DNA from: Candidatus Woesearchaeota archaeon
GTDB lineage: Archaea; Nanobdellota; Nanobdellia; SCGC-AAA011-G17; GW2011-AR18
Assembly (NCBI GenBank): GCA_964344975.1
Contig: CAYFPK010000001.1
Span: forward strand, 15,485 to 79,484
Reading direction: 5' to 3'
Length of the DNA: 64,000 nucleotides
Both the position numbers and the translations under genes were made by a program. Of this stretch, positions 27,595-38,382 are shown piece by piece. How positions within the stretch are numbered: position 1 is the stretch's first letter; the number at the start of each line of letters is the position of its first letter. The notes under the pieces were generated by a model. That model made no database searches. It was given only the letters and a program-made list of their open reading frames with translations, and had not been told where the DNA came from.

Positions 27595-28197
27595 CTAAAC
27601 CGCAACAGCACGCCCACGTTTAATCAACACGTCAGTTAATTCTTTGGGCAAACTAGCAATGTCAGACGCAACAAACGGCCCATACACCGATTCATCCACA
27701 CCGACAAACGCAGGCACAGCGTGCAAAAACCGAATCAACACAACTTCAGAAGAGCTAGCCACAGCACCACCATACGACACAGCAGGTAAACTACACTGTA
27801 ACAAATTACCCAACACGCCATGACGGTACGCATCAAACAAACTAACTAAATGCTCATACAACTCCCGCTCTTCCTTTAAGAGCAACCGCACGCCAGGCAA
27901 AGCGGTTTCTTGACGAGAACTAAGTAAAGCCAACTGCAAAATTTTATGCTCACGTTTCTCATACAAATCCCGCAAGATTTTATGCACCTGTTCAAGCTGC
28001 CGACGCGTTTTAGCAACTGACGACGAGGCAAAGATACTCTCCTTTTTCTCTTGGGATGCTAAAATAGCTTTTTTCTCAGAAACGTACCGCACAATTTGTG
28101 CGTACAAAAGGGGATCTAGCGGCTGAATCTCCGGCTTCGTCTTCTCCAAACGAAGTAACTCGTACAAACGATCATACGTGATAACGGCATCAGTCAT
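27595..28197 (-). CDS. possible GINS-like (Sld5/Psf1 A-domain) replication protein; longest ORF extends to 28221
   Basis: MTDAVITYDRLYELLRLEKTKPEIQPLDPLLYAQIVRYV...KILRDL...LKEERELYEHLVSLFDAYR resembles the helical A-domain of archaeal GINS subunits. Pattern-level recognition only. Confidence 0.35.
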   Translation of the reverse strand: MTDAVITYDRLYELLRLEKTKPEIQPLDPLLYAQIVRYVSEKKAILASQEKKESIFASSSVAKTRRQLEQVHKILRDLYEKREHKILQLALLSSRQETALPGVRLLLKEERELYEHLVSLFDAYRHGVLGNLLQCSLPAVSYGGAVASSSEVVLIRFLHAVPAFVGVDESVYGPFVASDIASLPKELTDVLIKRGRAVAV

Positions 28198-28255
28198 ACA
28201 CACTAAAGAACAAAGATACATTTAACTATTTCGCGACAGCAAAGCACAGATTAAA

Positions 28256-28510
28256 CTATTCAGAACAATTTTCATACAAATCTGAAGTTGTAGCAACATA
28301 CACCATATCACCACCAGAAAAGTAAGGGTTCCATACAGCCAAAGTAGCAACATCACCACCTAAAAAAGAAGCAACATCAGAAAGCTCATCACCAACAAAA
28401 CTTTGATAACACGCAACAGGAGGCGGATCCTCAGCATCTTCTGAAAGTACACCAGCAGTAAGACCACCTGCTACAACAGAGTACAATATTAATCGTCGAA
28501 GTGGGATCAC
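28256..28510 (-). CDS. small hypothetical protein with hydrophobic N-terminus
   Basis: 84 aa. N-terminal RRLILYSVVAGGLTAGV signal-like segment. Confidence 0.3.
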   Translation of the reverse strand: MIPLRRLILYSVVAGGLTAGVLSEDAEDPPPVACYQSFVGDELSDVASFLGGDVATLAVWNPYFSGGDMVYVATTSDLYENCSE

Positions 28511-28542
28511 AGATAAAAAGTAAAACTCAAAGTTAAAAAAGG

Positions 28543-29769
28543 TTACTCGAATCCAACTTTCTGCAAAACATCACGACCAAGCATTTCACCTAACGATCCA
28601 TCAACACAAGTCAACTCAGAAAAAGAATCAAGACCATCCGCACGAGTCCCGTTATAAAACAACACAGGCACTAAGTCAGCAGAATGCGCACGTAAAGAAC
28701 ACGGTGTCGCATGATCCCCGGTAACGACTAAAGATAAATCAGTTTTACGTTTCCACAACCATTTGAAAAACTTCTTATCTAGTAACTCAAGCAACTCTTG
28801 TTTTAAAGCAAAATCCCCATCATGCCCAGCAACATCAATCGGTTTAAAGTGTATATAGTAAGAATCAAAATACGCTTTTTTTAGATGCGTTTTAGCAGCA
28901 GCAATTTCAGCCAACAATTGTTTACGTGCACGTTTAGCCAAATCAGCAACTAAAGCAGGGTACTCGATAGTGAGCACCCGCATACCGGCACACCGCGCAA
29001 GACCTTTCTCAAGAGGCATACCCACAACCGCCGCCCAATCCTTTTTTTTAGCAAACGTAGGCAAAGCAACACCCGCATCGCGCGGTAATACAACATTCGC
29101 CGGCAACAATTTTCTATCCAACCGCCCAAGATTTACCGAATGATCTTTAAGCACACGATAGGACTCTTTGACAAACGCATTCACAGCTGCTGCAGCAAGC
29201 TGCGATTTACTCGACGAATCAAGCGGCCGCGCTTGAAAGACTTTAGTAGATTTAGCAGACGAAGAAACACTAAACGTTCCTTCACGTCTATACGCTGGAT
29301 CCACGTTAGAAATCTGATCAGAAAAATTCCCTTTAATCACTAAAACCCCCCGATGTTCGGTGGTGGACACAAACGAAAAAGGGTAATCTAGTTTAACAGA
29401 AGCATTCAACACCTCAGCAAGCTTATGCGCTTCAGGCGTAGAAAGGCTTCGACCAGCACGTCGATCAACTAATTTACCATCTAAAAGCGTACCAAAGTTA
29501 CAACGCAACACCAAATCACCAGTATCAAAGGCAACCCGTGCACCAAACGCTTCTAAAGGCCCACGCCCGGTGTAAGACGTATACGGATCATACCCAAGTA
29601 AGGCGGTAACAGCAACATCACTTTCAGGAGCAAGACCTGCCCCGACAGGATAGTGATACCCTTGGCAACCATGCGATGCAAAGAGATCTAAAAAGGGCGT
29701 AGCAGCAGCAGATAAAGGAGTTGTATCACCAACATCAGCTAAACCATCAATGATAACTAAGACACGCAT
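28543..29769 (-). CDS. apgM: 2,3-bisphosphoglycerate-independent phosphoglycerate mutase, archaeal type (ApgM)
   Basis: MRVLVIIDGLADVG..., ...VVTGDHATPCS..., metal-binding His/Asp pattern of the archaeal iPGM family. Confidence 0.75.
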   Translation of the reverse strand: MRVLVIIDGLADVGDTTPLSAAATPFLDLFASHGCQGYHYPVGAGLAPESDVAVTALLGYDPYTSYTGRGPLEAFGARVAFDTGDLVLRCNFGTLLDGKLVDRRAGRSLSTPEAHKLAEVLNASVKLDYPFSFVSTTEHRGVLVIKGNFSDQISNVDPAYRREGTFSVSSSAKSTKVFQARPLDSSSKSQLAAAAVNAFVKESYRVLKDHSVNLGRLDRKLLPANVVLPRDAGVALPTFAKKKDWAAVVGMPLEKGLARCAGMRVLTIEYPALVADLAKRARKQLLAEIAAAKTHLKKAYFDSYYIHFKPIDVAGHDGDFALKQELLELLDKKFFKWLWKRKTDLSLVVTGDHATPCSLRAHSADLVPVLFYNGTRADGLDSFSELTCVDGSLGEMLGRDVLQKVGFE

Positions 29770-29793
29770 ACAAGCAAAAGAAACAACGATATT

Positions 29794-30207
29794 TTAAAGG
29801 TTATCGAAACTAGAACAGGCATCATAACAAGGGAAGAGTTCTACAACTTCAGCATCACCATGCTCACGAGCAGAATATTTCGCAACAACGCGTTTAGCCA
29901 AAGGCAAGCAACGATCATCAGAAACAAGAACCGGGACAGACCCTTCATGTGCAGCAAGTGCCTCAACGCAAGCCGGTGAAAAAAGAAGGTCATCAACAAC
30001 AGCACCAAGTTTACGCATATCCCACGTGGAGCCTGCATATACGTGAGGCGTACGACCGGGAGTTACTAAACGAATAAAGGGTACAGGTTTAGGCCAAGGA
30101 CCACGTTCAGTGGTCAAATGCAGGTAAAGAGAAGAGGTAGGAGGAGTTTGCGTTACAGAAAGGCCAGAATCAAGAAGGGCACGTCGTTGAGCTATTTTCA
30201 CATCCAT
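29794..30207 (-). CDS. hypothetical protein
   Basis: 137 aa, no recognisable motif. Confidence 0.3.
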   Translation of the reverse strand: MDVKIAQRRALLDSGLSVTQTPPTSSLYLHLTTERGPWPKPVPFIRLVTPGRTPHVYAGSTWDMRKLGAVVDDLLFSPACVEALAAHEGSVPVLVSDDRCLPLAKRVVAKYSAREHGDAEVVELFPCYDACSSFDNL

Positions 30208-30257
30208 ACCAGTGAGAACACCTAAAAGTATATAAAAATGTCCTGCAAAAAAGCCCC

Positions 30258-31205
30258 ATGATCATAAAAGAGCAACCAGAAGACTTCATTGTTAATGAGA
30301 AAATAGAGCTTAAAATAGAGAAAGGCCCGTATACCTACCTCAAAATCACCAAAATCAACAGAAATACGCTGGATATAGTCAAATTCTTAGAAAACAAGTT
30401 CAGAACCAAAGTCGGTTTTGCCGGGACAAAAGACAAAAAAGCGGTAACCAGCCAAGTTCTTTCACTCAAGAACGTCCAACCAGAACAGCTCAAACATCTA
30501 AAAATTGACCAAACCACGTTAGAAGTTTTGGGTACAGGAAAAACACCTATCTCGTTAGGAGACCACAAGGGCAACGAATTTATCATCATGGTAAAAGACA
30601 TAGATAAAAAAGCGCAAGAATACACCCAAGTAGAAAACTATTTTGACGAGCAAAGATTCAGTACACATAATGTAAGCATAGGCCGAGCGTTAATAAAAAA
30701 AGAGCTAGAAAAAGCGTGTAAATTAATCCAAGATAAAAAAATGAACGAATACCTACAAAAAAGACCTAAAGATTTCATCGGCGCCTTGCAGACCTTACAC
30801 AAAAAACAACTACAGTTTTATCTGCACGCGTATCAAAGTTATTTGTTCAATGAAGCACTCAAAAGTTACGTGCAGCAGCAAACAGAAAACACAGTAGAAG
30901 TATCCTACAGCAAAGGAACATTTAGTTTTACAAAAAAACAGATTAAAGAGACAGAGCTACCTTTAGCAACTTTTGACATGCCAGAATGTACATACTACAA
31001 TGACATCTTCAAAAAAGAGGAGCTAACACAAAGAGACTTTGCAACAAGACACTTACCGCAACTCATCAGCACGACAACAACCAGGCCAACACATGTAGAG
31101 GTAGAAAACCTCAAGATAGACTACAAGAAAGGCCAAGCCAAATGTGCATTTTTCTTAAAGAAAGGCAGCTACGCCACAATTGTTATAAAAAAGCTCTTTG
31201 CATAA
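30258..31205 (+). CDS. truD: tRNA pseudouridine synthase TruD/Pus7 family
   Basis: N-terminal EQPEDFIVNE and GFAGTKDKKAVTSQ contain the TruD catalytic Asp motif (GxKD). Confidence 0.7.
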   Translation: MIIKEQPEDFIVNEKIELKIEKGPYTYLKITKINRNTLDIVKFLENKFRTKVGFAGTKDKKAVTSQVLSLKNVQPEQLKHLKIDQTTLEVLGTGKTPISLGDHKGNEFIIMVKDIDKKAQEYTQVENYFDEQRFSTHNVSIGRALIKKELEKACKLIQDKKMNEYLQKRPKDFIGALQTLHKKQLQFYLHAYQSYLFNEALKSYVQQQTENTVEVSYSKGTFSFTKKQIKETELPLATFDMPECTYYNDIFKKEELTQRDFATRHLPQLISTTTTRPTHVEVENLKIDYKKGQAKCAFFLKKGSYATIVIKKLFA

Positions 31206-31243
31206 CAAGTATATTTATTAAGATAAAGGATAGGAAAAAACAC

Positions 31244-31687
31244 ATGGGTTTACCAATATACACAGAGATAAAAAGACAAATAGAATCTGGATTATTAGTA
31301 AAGACAGAAGGGTGTTCAAAAGAAGGGTTAGAATTTTGTATAAGAGGTTTTACATCCTCAGATCCAATCCCAACACTAACAATTGTAAGAAGAAACATAG
31401 TATATGGCAGAGGGTTTCAAACAATGATGTTAGATCTAGGAAGAGAGTTAGCAACACCAGTAGAATATTTTGAAAAAATAACCACTTACAAAAAGGGAGA
31501 TCTTGAACATGCAACAAGAGAGCCATTAAAAGCAGAGATTAGATTTTGGCAATATGGAAACAGTGATTTAGGAACTGTAAGTATCAAAATGGATCTCCTA
31601 ACGCAGAGAGGAGAATTCATAAGAGCCCCCCACCTAAATATTATCGCAGGGATTGAATCAAGCATAGCAAATTACACACAAGAATAA
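31244..31687 (+). CDS. hypothetical protein (longest ORF starts 31142)
   Basis: ATG at 31244 (MGLPIYTEI...) preceded by AT-rich TATA-like sequence. No motif. Confidence 0.35.
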   Translation: MGLPIYTEIKRQIESGLLVKTEGCSKEGLEFCIRGFTSSDPIPTLTIVRRNIVYGRGFQTMMLDLGRELATPVEYFEKITTYKKGDLEHATREPLKAEIRFWQYGNSDLGTVSIKMDLLTQRGEFIRAPHLNIIAGIESSIANYTQE

Positions 31688-31836
31688 GATGAACAAGGAA
31701 GAACTAAACCTAATTGAGAAATTAATCAAAGTAAGCGACAAAAGAGACCTTTACAAAACCGAAGAAGAGCTCTTTAGAGCATTAATTAAAGAAACAGAAT
31801 AACAAGCCTTTTAAAACCAAAGACCACACCATTCCC

Positions 31837-32973
31837 ATGTTCAAATTCATCAAAGATAAGCTCAAAGACGCTGTAGACAAGATTTCTGAAAAGATAGCTG
31901 AGGAAGCACCAGAAGAGGTTGCAGAGGAAAAAAAGGTTGAAGAAAAACCAAAAGAAAAGAAGAAAAAAGAACCTAAAAAAGAAAAGCCTAAGAAAAAACC
32001 TAAAGTAGAAGAATCTGTAAAAGAAGAGCCAACTGAAGAAAAAGGGTTCTTTACAAAAGTAAAAGAAAAATTAACTAAAGAAGAACCAGAAGAAAAAGAA
32101 TCTATTCTAACAAAACTTAAAACAAAGGTAACAACAAAAAAGGTAACCCAAGACCTATTCCAAGAAATATTTTGGGAATTAGAATTGGTACTGTTAGAAA
32201 GCAATGTTGCCATAGAAGTCATTGAAAAAATAAAAGAAGATTTACAAAAAAACATAGTAGACAAGCAAATTAAAAGAGCAGAGATAGAACAAACAATCCA
32301 AGATACCTTAAGAGAATCAATTGACGAAATTCTCACACAAGAACCTATTGACTTACTCAAACAAGCAAAAACAAAAAAACCGTACGTGATTTGCTTCGTC
32401 GGCATAAACGGCACAGGTAAAACAACAAGCATAGGTAAAGTCGCACAATACCTCAAAGACAACAACCTTTCAAGCATAATGATCGCAGCAGACACATTTA
32501 GAGCAGCAGCAATCGAACAGTTAGAAGAGTGGGGAAAACGGACAAAAACAAAAGTGATTAAACATGATTACGGCTCAGACGCAGCGGCAGTAGCGTTTGA
32601 CGGGATAAAACATGCAAAAGCAAAAGACATTGACGTAGTACTCATAGACACCGCAGGAAGATTGCACTCCAACACAGACTTAATGAACGAGCTACATAAG
32701 ATAATAAAAATTGCAACACCAGATTTAAAAATATTCGTTGGTGAGGCAACCACAGGAAATGATTGTGTTGAACAAATTAAAGAGTTCAACGAAAAGGTAA
32801 ATATAGACGGCATAATCCTAACTAAACTTGACGTAGACGAGAAAGGCGGCGCAGCATTATCAACAAGTTATGTGACAAAAAAACCAATCATCTTTGTAGG
32901 GACAGGACAAAACGCAAAAGATTTACAACCGTTTGACAAAAAAACAATGATAAAAAATTTAGGGTTTGACTAA
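31837..32973 (+). CDS. ftsY: signal recognition particle receptor FtsY
   Basis: Charged K/E-rich A-domain, then NG domain with G1 FVGINGTGKTTS, DTAGR, and TKLD motifs. Confidence 0.8.
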   Translation: MFKFIKDKLKDAVDKISEKIAEEAPEEVAEEKKVEEKPKEKKKKEPKKEKPKKKPKVEESVKEEPTEEKGFFTKVKEKLTKEEPEEKESILTKLKTKVTTKKVTQDLFQEIFWELELVLLESNVAIEVIEKIKEDLQKNIVDKQIKRAEIEQTIQDTLRESIDEILTQEPIDLLKQAKTKKPYVICFVGINGTGKTTSIGKVAQYLKDNNLSSIMIAADTFRAAAIEQLEEWGKRTKTKVIKHDYGSDAAAVAFDGIKHAKAKDIDVVLIDTAGRLHSNTDLMNELHKIIKIATPDLKIFVGEATTGNDCVEQIKEFNEKVNIDGIILTKLDVDEKGGAALSTSYVTKKPIIFVGTGQNAKDLQPFDKKTMIKNLGFD

Positions 32974-34316
32974 TGGTACTTGAAAAGCTAGGCTCATCAC
33001 TCAAAAACACAGTAGACAAAGTAACAAGAGCCATGTTCGTCGATGATAGAGTCATCAACGAACTCGTAAAAGACATACAAAGGGCACTCTTACAAGCTGA
33101 TGTGAATGTACAACTCGTCTTCACACTCTCAAACGACATTAAAGAACGATACAAAAAAGAACCTACTCCAAAAGCAGTCACACAAAAAGAACACCTCATA
33201 AAAATAGTATATGAAGAACTGGTAAAATTCTTAGGTGGCGAGGAGACAAAACGGCCAAAGATTGAAAAAAAACCACACAAGATTATGTTGGTAGGGCTTT
33301 TAGGTAATGGTAAGACAACCACAGCAGCAAAGCTTGCAAAGTATTATTACACAAGAGGAAAAAAGGTAGCCTGTATCCAAACAGACACTTACAGGCCTGC
33401 GGCATTTACCCAACTAGAAACTCAAACAAAAAAATTCAATATCAAAACCTTTGGAGATCCAGAAAACAAAGACGCAATAGACATCTACACTACATATGAA
33501 AAAGAACTAGAAAATTACGATATAGTCATCATTGATACAGCAGGAAGAGATGCACTCGCACAAGAGTTAATCAAAGAAATAGAGAGTTTACACAAACGAG
33601 CACAACCTGACGAAACATTCCTCGTCTTAGCAGCAGACTTAGGCCAGACAGCACAAATGCAAGCAGAACAGTTCCACAAAAGTTGCCACATTACAGGCAT
33701 TATAGCAACAAAAATGGACGGTACAGCAAAAGCAGGTGGCGCAATTACTGCATGTGCAGCAACCGACGCACCACTTACATTCATCGGCATAGGTGAAAAG
33801 ATTGACGACTTAGAAGAATTCAACGCAAAAAGGTTCGTCGGAAAAATGCTTGGCATGGGCGATTTAGAATCTTTATTAGAAAAAGCACGTTTAGCAATAT
33901 CAGAAGATGAAGCTGAAGATTTATCAAAAAAATTCCTGAAAGGAGAATTTAATTTTCTAGATTTATATGAGCAAATGGAAGCAGTAAAAAAAATGGGGCC
34001 ACTCAGTAAAGTCTTAGAAATGATCCCAGGCATGAGTAAAGCACAAATCCCAAAAGAAGCACTCACAGGTCAAGAAGACAAAATGAAAAAGTGGAAATTT
34101 GCCCTGCAGAGTATGACCAAAAAAGAGCTAGAAGAACCAGAGACCTTAAACAATGAAAGAATTAAAAGAATAGCAACAGGTTCAGGCACAGATGAAAAAA
34201 CAGTAAGAGAATTATTAAAACAATACAAGCAAGCAAAAAAAATGATGAAGTTAATGAAAGGCAAAGATCCAGAGAAAATGATGAAAAAATTCAAAGGCAA
34301 AATGCCAGGGCTGTAA
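32973..34316 (+). CDS. srp54: signal recognition particle protein SRP54
   Basis: N-domain, G-domain (GLLGNGKTTTAAKLA, DTAGR, TKMDG) and Met-rich M-domain (KMMKKFKGKMPGL). Start overlaps the FtsY stop by 1 nt. Confidence 0.85.
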   Translation: MVLEKLGSSLKNTVDKVTRAMFVDDRVINELVKDIQRALLQADVNVQLVFTLSNDIKERYKKEPTPKAVTQKEHLIKIVYEELVKFLGGEETKRPKIEKKPHKIMLVGLLGNGKTTTAAKLAKYYYTRGKKVACIQTDTYRPAAFTQLETQTKKFNIKTFGDPENKDAIDIYTTYEKELENYDIVIIDTAGRDALAQELIKEIESLHKRAQPDETFLVLAADLGQTAQMQAEQFHKSCHITGIIATKMDGTAKAGGAITACAATDAPLTFIGIGEKIDDLEEFNAKRFVGKMLGMGDLESLLEKARLAISEDEAEDLSKKFLKGEFNFLDLYEQMEAVKKMGPLSKVLEMIPGMSKAQIPKEALTGQEDKMKKWKFALQSMTKKELEEPETLNNERIKRIATGSGTDEKTVRELLKQYKQAKKMMKLMKGKDPEKMMKKFKGKMPGL

Positions 34317-34363
34317 CCTCACCCAGAAAGCTTTATAAGCTCCCCACACCCTCCAAAGGCACC

Positions 34364-34657
34364 ATGATGCGTATAGGCGGCTTTAGACGAAAAACAAGAC
34401 ACAAGTTAAGCAAAAACATCAGAAAAAAAGGTAAAGTAAGCTTAACCCAGTTTTTCCAGAAACTACAGCAAGGCGACAAAGTACTCCTAAAGGCAGAACC
34501 TGCGATCCAAACAGGCATGTACTTTCCTCGCTTCCACGGCAAAACAGGCACGGTAGTAGGCAAAATAGGCAAATGTTACCAAGTCTTAATCCAAGACAAA
34601 AACAAACAAAAGCTCCAAACGATTCACCCGGTACACTTACGAAAATGGCAGAACTAG
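34364..34657 (+). CDS. rpl21e: ribosomal protein L21e
   Basis: GFRRKTRHKLSK...GDKV...FHGKTGTVVGK..YQV is the eL21 pattern. Confidence 0.75.
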   Translation: MMRIGGFRRKTRHKLSKNIRKKGKVSLTQFFQKLQQGDKVLLKAEPAIQTGMYFPRFHGKTGTVVGKIGKCYQVLIQDKNKQKLQTIHPVHLRKWQN

Positions 34658-34986
34658 AAATAATAAACAAAACAGCGTTAAGCATGAGTGAGGTAAAGAT
34701 GAGACTAGAAACATTCAAAGAAAAAAAAGAGCTCAATTACAGATCAAACAAAGTGCTTGACCACATCCAACAGTTCCCCACGATTAAACAAGAGGCAATC
34801 AAGGCAGTTACTGAAGAGCTAGCTAGCCTAGGCATCACCCGACTCAAAGAAAAGCAAATCACTAAGCTCATTGATACCCTGCCAACGACTGAAGAACAGG
34901 TAAAAGCAACCTTAGCAGGAGAAAACATCACCGTCAAAGCAGATGACTTAAAACGCATCGCTGAAGCAATCATAAAAACACAATGA
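34645..34986 (+). CDS. rpoF: RNA polymerase subunit Rpo4/F (longest ORF starts 34573)
   Basis: MAELEIINKTALSMSEVKMRLE...; canonical archaeal position between L21e and the DUF655 gene. Overlaps the L21e stop by 13 nt. Confidence 0.55.
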   Translation: MAELEIINKTALSMSEVKMRLETFKEKKELNYRSNKVLDHIQQFPTIKQEAIKAVTEELASLGITRLKEKQITKLIDTLPTTEEQVKATLAGENITVKADDLKRIAEAIIKTQ

Positions 34987-34998
34987 TAGGAAAGACCC

Positions 34999-35562
34999 AT
35001 GATAACAAAAAAAGAACAATTTGCCATAATTCTAGACTTTTTGCCACATGGGTATCCCTTCGATAAAAGACCAATCCACAGAAAAACAGCAGTAGCACAA
35101 GCTATAGGTAAAGAAACATTAGTATTGTTAGAACTAATCCCAAAAAAAGATGTCTTCTTACAACCACACCAAGAGGTGTACATTGGCTCAGAAAAACGTG
35201 AAGAGATCCACCACATCCAAAATAGAATACTACCAAAAAAACTCACCACCACAGCAAAAGCCGAGTTAGTACACGTGCTAGAAAAAATTATCAATGACAA
35301 CGAGCAAAAGTTTGTAGAATTTTTTAGCAAGGCAGGCCCTATTAACATGCGCAGACATCAAGTAGAACTTTTACCAGGTATAGGAAAAAGACATATGCGA
35401 GAAATTCTAGATGTACGAAGAGATGGAGATTTCACCAGTTTTGAAAATATAAAAGAGCGCGTAAAATTGATGCCAGACCCGCAAAAGGCTATTCTTAGAC
35501 GAATTCTTTTAGAGCTTGAAGGCAACGAGAAATACAACTTATTTGTCAAAGCCCAGAGCTGA
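34999..35562 (+). CDS. DUF655/COG1491 predicted RNA-binding protein (conserved archaeal rpoF neighbour)
   Basis: EQFAIILDFLPHGYPFDKRP... followed by a helix-hairpin-helix-like C-terminus. Confidence 0.6.
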   Translation: MITKKEQFAIILDFLPHGYPFDKRPIHRKTAVAQAIGKETLVLLELIPKKDVFLQPHQEVYIGSEKREEIHHIQNRILPKKLTTTAKAELVHVLEKIINDNEQKFVEFFSKAGPINMRRHQVELLPGIGKRHMREILDVRRDGDFTSFENIKERVKLMPDPQKAILRRILLELEGNEKYNLFVKAQS

Positions 35563-35605
35563 AGAAAGCTTTATAAAAGACCCAAAAATCGCAAATATAT
35601 ATAAA

Positions 35606-36049
35606 ATGGCTGAATTAGAACACTTTGTACGCATCGCAAACACTGACCTACTGGGCAAAAAACAGATGGCACAAGCCCTAACAAAAATTAAAGGCATTGG
35701 CCAAAATTATGCATTTACACTGTGTAAAGCACTCAAATTAGACCCAAAAAAGCTGATGGGCTACGCAACTAAAGAAGAGGTAGAAAAATTTGAAAAAGCG
35801 ATTCAAGAAAGTCCGCTACCCACCTGGATGCAAAACCGAAGAAAAGATATGACAACAGGAAAAGATGTACACCTAACCGGTGCAGACCTCAAAATAAAAG
35901 TTGATAATGAGAAGAAAGTCCAAAAACGACTCAAAAGTTATCGGGGAACAAGATATTCTGCAAATCTCCCGGTACGTGGGCAAAAGACAAAAAGTAATTT
36001 TAGACGATCTAAAGGAAAAGCCGTTGGTGTAAAACGGAAGAAAAAATAA
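35606..36049 (+). CDS. rps13: ribosomal protein S13 (longest ORF starts 35516)
   Basis: MAELEHFVRIANTDLLGKKQMAQALTKIKGIGQNYAFTLCKAL is the uS13 N-terminus. Basic C-terminal tail. Confidence 0.75.
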   Translation: MAELEHFVRIANTDLLGKKQMAQALTKIKGIGQNYAFTLCKALKLDPKKLMGYATKEEVEKFEKAIQESPLPTWMQNRRKDMTTGKDVHLTGADLKIKVDNEKKVQKRLKSYRGTRYSANLPVRGQKTKSNFRRSKGKAVGVKRKKK

Positions 36050-36050
36050 A

Positions 36051-36653
36051 ATGGGCGACCCGAGAAAACAAAAAAAGAAATATGCAACGCCACGTCACCC
36101 ATGGATTAAAACAAGAATTGAGCAAGAAAAAAAATTAGTTGAAGAATACGGCTTAAAAAACAAAAAAGAAATTTACAGAGCAAACACCGAGTTAAAGCGA
36201 TACACCAATGCAACAAAAGCATTAACAAAGTTAGGCGAAGATAAACAGGCTCAAAAAGAAGCGCAAGAAATTGTTACAAGGCTCAAAAGATACAACATCC
36301 TACAAGAAGATCAGGGCACAGAAGACATTCTCGGATTAAGCACAACCAATTTTTTAGATCGAAGATTACAAACCATTGTTGCACGAAGGGGCCTAGCATT
36401 AACCATGAAACAAGCACGACAGTTAATTACACACGGCCACATTAGAGTTAATGGAAGAAAAATTAGCGCACCGAGTTATTTAGTAAAAAAAGACGACGAA
36501 ATTACTTTCACAGAGAAATCATCTTTTGCAAACGACGAGCAACCTGAACGTGCAAAAAAGATTCAGACAGATAAAAAAGAAATTGAACAGGCAGCAAAAG
36601 AGGTCACAGAACAGGTAACAGAAGAACCACCCAAAGAGAAGGTACAAGCATAA
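36051..36653 (+). CDS. rps4: ribosomal protein S4
   Basis: [11 protein letters not shown]... and an S4 RNA-binding domain ([32 protein letters not shown]). Confidence 0.8.
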   Translation: MGDPRKQKKKYATPRHPWIKTRIEQEKKLVEEYGLKNKKEIYRANTELKRYTNATKALTKLGEDKQAQKEAQEIVTRLKRYNILQEDQGTEDILGLSTTNFLDRRLQTIVARRGLALTMKQARQLITHGHIRVNGRKISAPSYLVKKDDEITFTEKSSFANDEQPERAKKIQTDKKEIEQAAKEVTEQVTEEPPKEKVQA

Positions 36654-37144
36654 TGGTAGAGCAAGCAAAAAAGGCAGAAGAAAAAAAGCCAGCTAAAGTT
36701 GAGACTAAAAAAGCTACAGAGAAAAAACATGAACAAAGACCCCATAAAAAAAGACAAGAAACACGTTGGGCAGTAGCACACATTTACGCATCATACAATA
36801 ACACCATTATTCATATCACAGATGTTACAGGAACTGAAACCTTAGCAAAAGCATCTGGCGGGATGGTCGTTAAAGCACACCGTATGGAAAGCTCCCCTGG
36901 GGCAGCTATGGCTGCAGCAAAGCTAGCAGCAGAACAAGCAAGAGAAAAAGGCATCAACGGCCTACACATTAAAATCAGAGCACCAGGCGGCCACAATGGA
37001 CCAATGAACGCAGGCCCTGGCGCAAACGCTGCAGTACGAACACTTTCACGTTTAGGTTTTAGAATTGGCGTTTTAGAAGATGTGACACCAGTACCGCACG
37101 ATTCTTGCCGTAAACGTGGCGGCAAACGCGGAAGAAGAGTTTAA
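36653..37144 (+). CDS. rps11: ribosomal protein S11
   Basis: [25 protein letters not shown]...GGM..K..R...SPGAAMAAA is the uS11 core. Lys-rich N-terminal extension. Start overlaps the S4 stop. Confidence 0.8.
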   Translation: MVEQAKKAEEKKPAKVETKKATEKKHEQRPHKKRQETRWAVAHIYASYNNTIIHITDVTGTETLAKASGGMVVKAHRMESSPGAAMAAAKLAAEQAREKGINGLHIKIRAPGGHNGPMNAGPGANAAVRTLSRLGFRIGVLEDVTPVPHDSCRKRGGKRGRRV

Positions 37145-37467
37145 TCACGATAAAAGTCTTCTATAAATGTTGCTGGATCAAAACCAGCAGGTGCTAAAGT
37201 TACAGAAATATACGCTAAAGTAGCAGCTACATCTGAACAGGTAGCTTCTGGTGCAAGGTCAAGACAATAGCGAGCCAACTGCAAATCTGAAGGATACGCC
37301 CGATCACCTTTTCTTTCTAAAACATCAGCATGTAACCGTTCAGCCAAATGGATAATTTCATCTAGAGAAAGCCGAGCAAAAACAGTTTCACGGTCAGCCC
37401 GCTCATCAAAAAACAAGAGAGCTTCAGCATCATCATATTGCCAAGGCATAAAATTGCTAAAGAACAA
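37141..37467 (-). CDS. hypothetical protein
   Basis: 108 aa, no motif. Convergent with S11 (4-nt overlap). Confidence 0.3.
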   Translation of the reverse strand: MFFSNFMPWQYDDAEALLFFDERADRETVFARLSLDEIIHLAERLHADVLERKGDRAYPSDLQLARYCLDLAPEATCSDVAATLAYISVTLAPAGFDPATFIEDFYRD

Positions 37468-37484
37468 AAAGGTAATAAAGTTAC

Positions 37485-38348
37485 CTAAAACAAAAGCGGT
37501 GTTATATATACTTCAACAAACGCGCCAACAACAAGCAAAGATACAGCAATAAACATTAAGCTTAACGCATCAACAAAGACTTTTTTAAACATGCCATCTT
37601 TAAGCCCCTTTTGCATAACAACTAAAGATAAGATACCGCCAGCCAATCCACCGATAAAATAAGAAACAATTTCAAAAACGCCATGCAGCATAAAGCGCAT
37701 AATACTCATCGAATATAAGTGAAAGTAGGAAGCAAGAGAAGACCAGCCAAAACTCAACGCATAATATTCAAGCCCACGACGAAAGTATGTCCCGACAGCT
37801 GCAGAAATAACTGAGGCGTTCCACACTAAAATAAACAAAGCTCCAGCGCCAAAAAAGAAGGCAAAAAACAAACAAAAGACAAACACCTTAATATTGTTCA
37901 ATAAAATAGCAAAAAACGTATCGACAGACCCAGAAACAGCAATGTTACCGGTAAAGGTAACGTGCGAGTTGATAGCAGAAATGGTATCAAGTTGCGACAT
38001 AAAAAGAGCAGAGACCAGATCACTAGGCAAAACTAAGTACCACAAAGAAAAAGCAACCACATAGCCCATAAAAAGTAACGTAAGAAATGATAATGCAACG
38101 CTATGCTTTTGCAACAGAGTAAGCTCAGACAACCCCGTTAAATCTAAAGCTTCCTGTTCTCGTAGAGTAGAATACATTAAAGGAATCGAGATCACCACAG
38201 TCAAAAACACCATAACTAAGGAAGCTTGCGGGCGAAAAATCCACAAACTAAACAATACAGCAAATGAAGCAAACAACCCACCCATCAAAAAAGTCCGCAA
38301 AGGATGATGAATAGCATTTTTCGGATTAACTAAAGATTCAAGAACCAT
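37485..38348 (-). CDS. polytopic membrane protein of the SpoIIM/DUF95-like type
   Basis: Six to seven predicted TM helices. This family often accompanies vWA/BatA-like membrane proteins. Confidence 0.45.
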   Translation of the reverse strand: MVLESLVNPKNAIHHPLRTFLMGGLFASFAVLFSLWIFRPQASLVMVFLTVVISIPLMYSTLREQEALDLTGLSELTLLQKHSVALSFLTLLFMGYVVAFSLWYLVLPSDLVSALFMSQLDTISAINSHVTFTGNIAVSGSVDTFFAILLNNIKVFVFCLFFAFFFGAGALFILVWNASVISAAVGTYFRRGLEYYALSFGWSSLASYFHLYSMSIMRFMLHGVFEIVSYFIGGLAGGILSLVVMQKGLKDGMFKKVFVDALSLMFIAVSLLVVGAFVEVYITPLLF

Positions 38349-38382
38349 ACAAATAATAATTTAAAAACATCCTTTAAAAAGG

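Noticed and set aside
31689-31802. 37 aa ORF (MNKEELNLIEKLIKVSDKRDLYKTEEELFRALIKETE) in the gap before ftsY
   Set aside because: Plausible micro-protein but too short and without a motif. Not reported as a feature.
31782-35348. Long minus-strand ORFs (31782..32495, 33515..34066, 34737..35348) antisense to ftsY, srp54, rpoF and the DUF655 gene
   Set aside because: Antisense to conserved genes, with low-complexity S/F/C-rich translations. The strand skew makes antisense frames stop-poor.
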